Shown here: positions 25,386 through 32,925 of the stretch, in pieces
Position numbering within the stretch: the first letter of the stretch is position 1
Layout of the letters: each line of letters begins with the position of its first letter
DNA from: a virus
Taxonomy: Duplodnaviria > Caudoviricetes
DNA length: 35,255 nt
Direction: 5' to 3' (one strand)
IMG/VR virus record: IMGVR_UViG_3300011338_000331
Coordinates: 1 to 35,255 of that record
Position numbers and translations under genes: made by a program
Notes under the pieces: generated by a model
Database searches by the model: none
What the model was told of the DNA's origin: nothing
The model's input: the letters and a program-made list of their open reading frames with translations, nothing else

Positions 25386-27314
25386 TTATTGGTTACCGTA
25401 AATAGGGTTTGTTGGAAGGAAGCCGTTATAGGGCATGTCCTCAGGTAGCTTAGCCACGAGTGAGTTATTACGTACCTTGTATCCCATACGCTCGGCAAGT
25501 GATACAGCAATACGTTTTGCATCGGGGTCATTCGGGTTAATCTTTGCACCCTTGGCATCTACATATACACGCTTTTCCCAAAAGTGTTTGCAGTTACCAC
25601 CGCCTTTGTAAAACCAAATGTCATATGTATTCGCACCTTCAGGGCCCCAACCCGGATTAACCGCCACATTCTCCATTGCTACTATATCTTCTTTGCGGTA
25701 TAGCTTACCTGCTTCCATCATCTTCTTACAGAATGGGCGCATATTATCATGGCTAAAGCTACCTGCGTAAACGTAACGAGTAATAAAGTACTTGCCGTCG
25801 ATAATAGCATCTTGCTCACTCTTTGCAGCTGGTCGAGCTGCGCCCGTGCGAACCGCAAACTCATGCTCAATCTCTTCATCTGCGTTATAGCTGTCTATCA
25901 ATATCCACTCTTCTTTCCAATCTTCACCTAATGCGATAAGGGCATCACCTGCAGTGTCAGCTACTTTTTTTTTTTCGTCACTCATGATGACCTCCTGCGG
26001 TTGCAAGCTACCCGGCAACACATCGGCAAAGATTGCGTCTACGGTTGTCGCAGGTAACGTTGGGAATGCAGCACTTACAATCGCCTTCGCACTTGTCACA
26101 GGCACAGCACCTGCAGCACTTTGCATTACAATGTCCACCAGTGAACTAATCTGCGCACCATTTAATGCAGTGGCGGCAACATCAGCCGTTGCACCACCTG
26201 TTGCGTCTACAACAACCTCGGCCTCTTCAATAGCAAGTGGCGTGTTAGGTATAATCTCAAACGTCACACCCGGCAATTGATTACTCAATAACTCCTCGAT
26301 GCTGCTATTTATCTTCTCTTGGTATGGTTGAATAACTTGCTTATTGAATATCTCAAGACCTGTGGTCATTTCATCCTTATTACTACCGAAGCCTGATGTT
26401 TCGCGAATACCAAAAAGCAAAGGCGTAGTAACACGGTGTGCTGTGATTATCTTTTGCGTTGCGGTAGTATCCATTAATTGATACTGCTTGTCCGCATCAT
26501 TCACAGGGAATGGTGTGATTTCAGTCTTGGGTTGATCACGTTCGTTAAAGAACATCACCACCTTACCTGCATTACGTGCACCGCTCATCTTGTTCTCCCA
26601 GTCCATCATCATTTGTTGCTTTTGCTCAGGCGTTGCTTGGCCATTGTAGAAGTTGATAATGGTTGAAGGGAATAAACCGTTGCTAATTTGGTTGATATGA
26701 AAGATAGAAATCTGCTTATCTAACTCAATGTAATTAATCGCACTCCAATAATCGGGACGAGGGTATACATCGCTACCTGTGTAGGTAAAGCACCAATAGA
26801 TTTGGCGCGGCTCCTGTTCACGTGTTAGGTAGTTATACTTTGGAATGAATTCAGGAGTGTTCTTTTTCTTGCGTGTGTTGCTCCAGTCGTAGCTGTGAAA
26901 AATACCTATCTCGCTATCGTCATCTTGATTCACCGCAATGCGGCACTCTTCAAATGGTATCGCGTTTAACTTTGATATAACTGTACGGTCGTTGCTCCAA
27001 ATTACTTCAATAAAAAAACCACCAAACAACTTTAAGTCGTGGGCGGCTGCATAGGTCAAAGTATTTATATCAAGTGCATCTAATTCCGCTTGATACTGCT
27101 CAGACTTAATACCCTTCCCGGCTATCATGTCACCAATGGCAACAACCAAACTACCATGTACTGGTGATTCGTGGGCAAGGTCACGTAAGTATTGTGGAAA
27201 ATCATTTTGATCACCATAGTTAACCCAACCTTTGCGGTCAAGTTTCTCGGCATCGGACTTAGCTACATACTCGCTAAGTTTCAATGATACTATATTGCTT
27301 TCGTTATGGCTCAT
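25386..27314 (-). CDS. Portal protein with C-terminal MuF/head-morphogenesis-like extension
   Basis: WVNYGDQNDFPQYL...SPVH, NGLFPS and IITAHRVTTPLLFGI portal motifs. C-terminal RPFC...YKGGGNCKHFW. Confidence 0.85.
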   Translation of the reverse strand: MSHNESNIVSLKLSEYVAKSDAEKLDRKGWVNYGDQNDFPQYLRDLAHESPVHGSLVVAIGDMIAGKGIKSEQYQAELDALDINTLTYAAAHDLKLFGGFFIEVIWSNDRTVISKLNAIPFEECRIAVNQDDDSEIGIFHSYDWSNTRKKKNTPEFIPKYNYLTREQEPRQIYWCFTYTGSDVYPRPDYWSAINYIELDKQISIFHINQISNGLFPSTIINFYNGQATPEQKQQMMMDWENKMSGARNAGKVVMFFNERDQPKTEITPFPVNDADKQYQLMDTTATQKIITAHRVTTPLLFGIRETSGFGSNKDEMTTGLEIFNKQVIQPYQEKINSSIEELLSNQLPGVTFEIIPNTPLAIEEAEVVVDATGGATADVAATALNGAQISSLVDIVMQSAAGAVPVTSAKAIVSAAFPTLPATTVDAIFADVLPGSLQPQEVIMSDEKKKVADTAGDALIALGEDWKEEWILIDSYNADEEIEHEFAVRTGAARPAAKSEQDAIIDGKYFITRYVYAGSFSHDNMRPFCKKMMEAGKLYRKEDIVAMENVAVNPGWGPEGANTYDIWFYKGGGNCKHFWEKRVYVDAKGAKINPNDPDAKRIAVSLAERMGYKVRNNSLVAKLPEDMPYNGFLPTNPIYGNQ

Positions 27315-27693
27315 AGATTATATCATTTGGTATTATACTAACTGGTACATCAAACCATGTAGTATTCTGATTTAATACAGCGTAACCACGCTCCACCAAA
27401 CCAATAACAAGACCACTTGCCGGGTCAATATTACTATTAGAGTTTTGGCCGTACACTTCATACCTGTATCTGCCCGCTAAGGTAAGGCCAACCGTCGTGA
27501 TTTCAAGTTGCGTTATGCGTGTATTCTCGTTAAGTATGGTGGCAACCTGTGCAAGTTTGTTGCCCGTGGTGCTATTTTCTTCGTGCGTTAGCACAATCAA
27601 ATAGTCTGTATATGGTGTGGCAAAGTATTGCCGTGCTTCGTCAAGTGACAAAAACACTTGCTGTGTTGGTGTGTTGGTCTGTAAATATATCAT
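27304..27693 (-). CDS. Hypothetical virion protein
   Basis: 129 aa, beta-rich, between the tail tube and portal genes. Confidence 0.6.
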   Translation of the reverse strand: MIYLQTNTPTQQVFLSLDEARQYFATPYTDYLIVLTHEENSTTGNKLAQVATILNENTRITQLEITTVGLTLAGRYRYEVYGQNSNSNIDPASGLVIGLVERGYAVLNQNTTWFDVPVSIIPNDIIYEP

Positions 27694-27705
27694 GCTACTT
27701 TATTT

Positions 27706-27736
27706 AAAAAGGGGCAAGTAAAAACCTGCCCCCTTT
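27706..27736 (-). terminator. Terminator after the tail tube gene
   Basis: GGGGCAGGT-TTTT-ACTTGCCCC followed by TTTTT on the minus strand. Confidence 0.8.
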
Positions 27737-27768
27737 AGAATACAACAAGAACACAACGGAAAACTATC

Positions 27769-28329
27769 TTAGTAAGCAGGGCTTACAGTAATACCGGCGA
27801 AGTTGTCGAATGGTACTGAAGTGAAAGGCTCAAGGTGTACAGCAGGTTCAAGATTCTCTGCTGTAGTAGTCACTTGGTAACCCATCAAATCCGCTTTCTG
27901 CTGTCCTGATTGAACAGTACCTGCAGTAAGCTGTGCACCTTCAGTTGTACCTACCAACAATATTTGGTCATCATTGGTGCGTACAAACACAATCATCTTA
28001 GCCTTGGCAACATTCAAAAACTCGTTGCGCATATCTTGGTTCAACTTACCAAAAGTCCAACCAACTTCTTGTGAGAAGTAAAGCGTACCTGTTTCCAAGT
28101 TTTTGTTTACAGTCTCAATGTAAGAACCGCTGTTGCGGAATGGAACGTAACGATAGATAGTAGCCGTAGGCAATCCATCAACTTGACCTGTTACAGCATC
28201 GTAAGTAACGCCCGATACAAAATCGTTACCCGATACTGGGTCAGTGTAGTTAGCAATCAAAACTTCCTTGACACCTCCGATACCTTCAAGGCATCCGAGT
28301 GTAAAACCTGTAGTTAATTCACAAGCCAT
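27769..28329 (-). CDS. Major tail (tube) protein
   Basis: MACELTTGFTLGCLEGIGGVKEV N-terminus and ETGTLYFSQ. Confidence 0.75.
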   Translation of the reverse strand: MACELTTGFTLGCLEGIGGVKEVLIANYTDPVSGNDFVSGVTYDAVTGQVDGLPTATIYRYVPFRNSGSYIETVNKNLETGTLYFSQEVGWTFGKLNQDMRNEFLNVAKAKMIVFVRTNDDQILLVGTTEGAQLTAGTVQSGQQKADLMGYQVTTTAENLEPAVHLEPFTSVPFDNFAGITVSPAY

Positions 28330-28350
28330 AGCTATGTATATTTTATAGAG

Positions 28351-28377
28351 TTTAAAGGGGGTTGTTACGCCCCCTTT
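28351..28377 (-). terminator. Terminator/hairpin after the major capsid gene
   Basis: AAAGGGGG-N8-CCCCCTTT. Confidence 0.7.
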
Positions 28378-28387
28378 GTTATTTTAA

Positions 28388-29284
28388 TTATGCGCCCCAG
28401 TAGGTGATGTCTTCACCAACTGCAATCTGAGCACCCAAGTAGAAACGTGCACCGTAACGTACGTTCTGTGATCCATCCAAGTTCTGCATATCCAAGATGA
28501 ACACTTCGTTCATTTGGTTCTCCTGCCATGTACCCAACATCAAGTTGCTAGGTTGAGCGAAGATGATGTTGTTCGCAGTCATACCCGGACAAACGTAGAT
28601 TTCGTACATACCTACGAAACGCTTGCTAACTTCAGGACCACCTGTCAAGTACCAACCATTACCTGCAGCGATTTGCGCTTGCATGTATGATTCCCAAGCA
28701 GCCTGTCCCATGTAAATAGCTGGTTTCTCAGCAGCACCTTTAACTGCTGCAGGAGCGGTGTTGATTACGTCCCAAATAGTTGCAATGATGTTGCTGTCAT
28801 TGAGTGCACCTGAACCTGCAGACACAGCACCTGAACCACCTGCCTTAATCAATGTTTCAAAACCATCGTATTGACCAGCTGTTGCGTTAACACCTGACCA
28901 CATGATAGTTTCGTTAGCTGCAGCGATACCACCTACCAAACGGCCAATGATAGCGTCTTGGATTTGGGTGTTTACACGGCCGCTCATTACATCTGCAGTA
29001 GTCCAGTCAATAAAGAAGTCCTTCTTACAGATTTGACGTTGAACTTGGAACTCTTCCAAGGTCAAGATGCGCTCAGTCAAAGTGATTGTACCTGTTGGGG
29101 TAAAGTCACATGTACCTGCAGCGAAAGTTACAGTGTCATCAATTTTACGTACTACTGATTTGTAAGGTACGTTTGGCTTCATTGTCACGTACTGAGTTGA
29201 TACGTTAGACAACAGAGCCTTTGCTACGATTTCACCAGCTAATTCACCTGCATAGGTGGTGGTGAGTGAAGTTGTTGTTGGCAT
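28388..29284 (-). CDS. Major capsid protein
   Basis: TYAGELAG, CDFTPTGTITLTERIL, ICKKDF and DGSQNVRY motifs. Follows the scaffold gene. Confidence 0.85.
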   Translation of the reverse strand: MPTTTSLTTTYAGELAGEIVAKALLSNVSTQYVTMKPNVPYKSVVRKIDDTVTFAAGTCDFTPTGTITLTERILTLEEFQVQRQICKKDFFIDWTTADVMSGRVNTQIQDAIIGRLVGGIAAANETIMWSGVNATAGQYDGFETLIKAGGSGAVSAGSGALNDSNIIATIWDVINTAPAAVKGAAEKPAIYMGQAAWESYMQAQIAAGNGWYLTGGPEVSKRFVGMYEIYVCPGMTANNIIFAQPSNLMLGTWQENQMNEVFILDMQNLDGSQNVRYGARFYLGAQIAVGEDITYWGA

Positions 29285-29308
29285 ACTAAATTTAAATTAT
29301 GAGGTGAA

Positions 29309-29917
29309 TTATTTACTTTGTTTAGAGCGAATGCTTTCCATAAAGTCGCTGAAAGAGTTACCATTCGATGCAACTAAAGGCTGCGCATTCTTTTTAAATT
29401 CTTGTGACTTTACAGATGGTACTGCAGGAGCCTTCTTAACTGAAGCGAGTTCAGCCTTCACAGCATCCGCGTCCTTCTTAGCGTTTTCTACTGCAGCGGC
29501 TAGTTCAGTTTTTTCAACTTCTAGCGCGGCAATGCGCTCAGACAATTGACCGATTACGGCTACGAGGTCTTCGCTGCTCATTTCAGTTGATTGTTCTGCA
29601 CGTTCGATTTCAGCAACCATACCATCTTCGCCTACGTAGACAGTAGTTACACCGTCCTCAAGCAAGTATTCTCCTGCAGGTACAGGCACTGGATTGCCCT
29701 CAGCATCTTGAGTGTAGATGTCCACACCTACTACCCACTCATCTGCGGTAGAATAGATTTTAGTACCATCGGCCAAAGTGCCTTCTACTGCAAACTTTAC
29801 TTCCGTTGCCGGAGCATCAGCCGCTGCAGTTTCTTCTTCGAACTTGATACCAACACTTGAAGGGTCAATGCCGTACTTATTGAATACGGATTTGATTTGT
29901 TCTTTGATATTCGACAT
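29309..29917 (-). CDS. Scaffold protein
   Basis: Acidic. PVPAGEYLLEDG motif plus coiled coil. Directly upstream of the capsid gene. Confidence 0.75.
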   Translation of the reverse strand: MSNIKEQIKSVFNKYGIDPSSVGIKFEEETAAADAPATEVKFAVEGTLADGTKIYSTADEWVVGVDIYTQDAEGNPVPVPAGEYLLEDGVTTVYVGEDGMVAEIERAEQSTEMSSEDLVAVIGQLSERIAALEVEKTELAAAVENAKKDADAVKAELASVKKAPAVPSVKSQEFKKNAQPLVASNGNSFSDFMESIRSKQSK

Positions 29918-29952
29918 TGTTGGATATTTGGGTATAGTAGCAAAAACGTCTT

Positions 29953-29984
29953 TTTGTTACATCCAACATCCTTTCGTATCTTAG
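29953..29984 (+). promoter_or_regulatory. Promoter for the RHH gene
   Basis: TTTG (29953-56), N20, TATCTTAG (29977-84, one mismatch to TAnnTTTG). Confidence 0.55.
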
Positions 29985-30007
29985 CCATGTAAAAAATTAC
30001 ATACAAT

Positions 30008-30142
30008 ATGAAGACACAACCCACCCCGATGCACAACAAGATTACTGTGCGAGTAAATGACAAACAATATCAGGCTGTAGTTAAAGCCGCAAAGAAACAT
30101 AAGATGAACGTTGCGGAGTATATTCGTGCGTGTATTTTGTAG
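30008..30142 (+). CDS. 44-aa ribbon-helix-helix protein MKTQPTPMHNKITVRVNDKQYQAVVKAAKKHKMNVAEYIRACIL
   Basis: Translated by hand. ITVRV strand, helix, then NVAEYIR helix, as in CopG/MobC-like proteins. Confidence 0.8.
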   Translation: MKTQPTPMHNKITVRVNDKQYQAVVKAAKKHKMNVAEYIRACIL

Positions 30143-30159
30143 TTATGAGTTTTGGTTTC

Positions 30160-30194
30160 AAAAAAAGAAGGCCCTCGTTTGGGCCTTTCTTTTT
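30160..30194. terminator. Bidirectional terminator between the RHH and subtilase genes
   Basis: A7GAAGGCCC-TCGTTT-GGGCCTTTCTTTTT. Confidence 0.85.
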
Positions 30195-30243
30195 ACACTA
30201 ACCTTAGATCACTTCTATGCGATTTAACCGCAGCTAATATACA

Positions 30244-32313
30244 CTATTTTTTTATCTGCAAACGTGCTGTGTTATTTGTGCTGTCGTTATCGGGCACACC
30301 ATTAACGGCTGTAATCGTAAGCACGTAATCTGTTGGCATTGGCGTGGGCGGTGAAGTCACGTTGTAAACGCTAGCGAATGTTTGACTACGCCCTACTTCA
30401 ATCCTGTCAGCTCGGTTCCAAGTACCCGTGAAGCCACCAACGAGGCCGTGTGTTACCTTCATGCTTGTGATTGTAACCGTTCCTTTGTTGTAGAACGTGT
30501 AACGTATGCGCACGCGGTTAGCATCAAGCCATTCGTAACCATCAATTGTAACGGATGCATCCAAACCTTGAACTGGTGGGTTAGCCATTGTGATAGTTAG
30601 ACCTGTGCTAATGGTATTGTCATTCTCATTGGTTTCTTTAATGACCATGTTCGGATCAATGGTAAGTGAGAATAAGGACGGCCCCGATTGATTGTTAGGC
30701 AGTGCCATTGGTGCGGTCTTAGTTACCACCGTTTGACCTGCAGGTATGGTAACATCTCCAGTGTAGAACACAAACTTAGTTCCATCGGGACGAGTGAAAG
30801 TAAGCTGCACAGTTGCAATTACTTCTTTCGTTTGCACCTTGTCTATGTTCACGCTGTAGTTAACCACAACACTTGAACCTTGTACAGCCGATGCAGGTGT
30901 TGAGATTGTACCGAATAGGTTGTATTCTGCAACGGGCACGGGCACAGGGTCACCACCATCCAAACCTTTTGCTATTGTCACAGCGTTAAACATGTTGATT
31001 ACACCATAGCCAAGTTCAGCACTCTTTCCATTAGCATCGTATACATAACCGCCTGTTTTACGGCATGCTTGACGCAATACATCCACTACCTGTGATTCGG
31101 TTAGTGTTGGATTGGCAAGGATAACATTAGCGGCAGCTGCAGCCATTACTGGACATGAGCACGATGTGCCACTGAAACCTGTATAGTTGCTATCAGGTTT
31201 GTAACCGAACGCGCCCATACGGTCAGTTGTTGGGCATGAAGTACCGGGAGCGGCTGCAAAAGTCTTTGGCCCGTAGTTACTGAATGAAGCACGCGTGTTG
31301 GAAGTGGTTGATGCACCAACTGCATGTACCATAGGGTAGATTGCAGGAGCCTGTGTGAAGTTAGGATTGTTTTGATTGCCCGAACTTGCAAACGTAGGTA
31401 TACCCTTACCATTACGCCCGTACGTCTTAGCCGATAACAAAGCGTTTTGGAATAGCGGGTACGATGTTGGGCCACCACCACCCCATGACATTGATACAGC
31501 GAGGCAGTTTGGATTCTCAATAGCCTTGTTTATGGCACGTGTTACAATGGTGTCCGATGTTCCAAAGCTACCACCCGCTGTTGAATTGTAACCAATATGC
31601 AAGAATTGTACTTTGAGTTTGTTGTTTCCTAACGAGGATACACCAATGTTGTTATCCGTTGCCGCGCATATCAATCCGCTGCAAGGTGTCCCGTGCTTTT
31701 CATTCTCGCTAATTGGCCGAACATCCGCTGCATCCGTTACGCAGTTCCAAGACGTGGAACTTATACGGCCTTGTAAATCTTCATGATCTACATCGCAAGC
31801 AATATCCAGTACAGCAACCTCACCATAGGCCGCCCCATCAATCAAACCCCATGCCTCTGCAGCTTGCATATTTGGTAAGTGCCATTGCCCGGAATAAGTA
31901 TAGGCGTCAGCATCGGGTTGGTAGGTTTGGATGTAGTCAGGTTCCACGCTAGTAAATAGCTTTGAGTTCATCAGCGAAGTATAGAACTCATCAAATGAAG
32001 CAAATTCGGGTACTTCAACAAACAGCGTGTTAGTTAGGTGAAATACTTCCGTAACCACTACCTTGTTCTTTGACAAATATGCACGCGCTGCATCGAGGTT
32101 CGGTGCAACTAGGATAGCAAGACCTGTAGCGATTTGGTCTAGTGACCTGTCTACTTCATTGACCTGTGACACCTTTTTTGCATTCACCTGCACTGGCTCG
32201 TCGTCTTGAAACACAATGATGCCGAATGGCTCATGCACTGCAATTACGTTAGCCTTTGTTTTGTTTTTGTCAAAGGATTCTTTGTCCTTGAATTTAACGC
32301 TGTTTATTTTCAT
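30244..32313 (-). CDS. Subtilisin-family (S8) protease with prodomain, CARDB and a second Ig-like domain
   Basis: Triad VAVLD / KHGT / GTSC, oxyanion SSGN, FSNYG, GYGVIN, and CARDB IDPNMVIKETNENDN. Confidence 0.92.
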   Translation of the reverse strand: MKINSVKFKDKESFDKNKTKANVIAVHEPFGIIVFQDDEPVQVNAKKVSQVNEVDRSLDQIATGLAILVAPNLDAARAYLSKNKVVVTEVFHLTNTLFVEVPEFASFDEFYTSLMNSKLFTSVEPDYIQTYQPDADAYTYSGQWHLPNMQAAEAWGLIDGAAYGEVAVLDIACDVDHEDLQGRISSTSWNCVTDAADVRPISENEKHGTPCSGLICAATDNNIGVSSLGNNKLKVQFLHIGYNSTAGGSFGTSDTIVTRAINKAIENPNCLAVSMSWGGGGPTSYPLFQNALLSAKTYGRNGKGIPTFASSGNQNNPNFTQAPAIYPMVHAVGASTTSNTRASFSNYGPKTFAAAPGTSCPTTDRMGAFGYKPDSNYTGFSGTSCSCPVMAAAAANVILANPTLTESQVVDVLRQACRKTGGYVYDANGKSAELGYGVINMFNAVTIAKGLDGGDPVPVPVAEYNLFGTISTPASAVQGSSVVVNYSVNIDKVQTKEVIATVQLTFTRPDGTKFVFYTGDVTIPAGQTVVTKTAPMALPNNQSGPSLFSLTIDPNMVIKETNENDNTISTGLTITMANPPVQGLDASVTIDGYEWLDANRVRIRYTFYNKGTVTITSMKVTHGLVGGFTGTWNRADRIEVGRSQTFASVYNVTSPPTPMPTDYVLTITAVNGVPDNDSTNNTARLQIKK

Positions 32314-32906
32314 TTGGATGGATTTACTTTGCTCAATAGTTGGTCAAGTTCTAACACCAACTCTGCTTCGTAGTTCTTAACCCCGCTCATTGCTACGCCT
32401 ACTTCATTGAAAAACCCTTCAATGCTGTAGCCTTTTATCTTGCCTTCCTTTACATCATTCCACACGTGCTCTTCATCTACCTTGGTTCCAATAAACCATG
32501 TACCATCAGGCAACTCAGGCAATCCAAGTTCGATGCTCTTATCATTCCTGCCTTCCTTTAACCACGATTCAACCACCGTTACACCCGTTACAGGTATCTC
32601 ATGCTGTAGGTTAGTCGTGTGCTGTAGGTTCTTTTTAAAGAACTGATGCGCGATAGCTTGCACAGTTGCCTTTTCAAAGTACACATAGTAGGCTTCGCCC
32701 TGGTCATCATAGCGAAGTATCTCTTTATCCGGGATGAGCGCGGGGCCGTATAGCATTCTACGTTCTTCATTCAATGCACTTAGCTTCATCTTGCTTAATG
32801 CAATCCAGTTTTCTTCTATGGCGGGCATGTCCACAAGTCCCATCGCCGTAATGCCCAAACGGCCTTCCTCATCTATTACACACTTAACTACTTTTCTTTT
32901 TTCCAT
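32310..32906 (-). CDS. XkdF-like prohead protease
   Basis: LVDMPAIE, GPALIPD, NLQH, VESW and GKIKGYSIEG motifs. Confidence 0.85.
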   Translation of the reverse strand: MEKRKVVKCVIDEEGRLGITAMGLVDMPAIEENWIALSKMKLSALNEERRMLYGPALIPDKEILRYDDQGEAYYVYFEKATVQAIAHQFFKKNLQHTTNLQHEIPVTGVTVVESWLKEGRNDKSIELGLPELPDGTWFIGTKVDEEHVWNDVKEGKIKGYSIEGFFNEVGVAMSGVKNYEAELVLELDQLLSKVNPSK

Positions 32907-32925
32907 GTTTCAAATTTATTTATTA

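Noticed and set aside
29797-30063. 88-aa minus-strand ORF from the track
   Set aside because: Overlaps both the scaffold gene and the RHH gene with its promoter, which are better supported.
32305-32320. Frameshift fusion of the prohead protease to the subtilase
   Set aside because: No slippery heptamer. An ordinary ATGA overlap explains the junction.
32907-32918. TAAATTTG -7 box 4 nt before the protease ATG (leaderless promoter)
   Set aside because: No -33 element and an AT-rich context make a chance match plausible.
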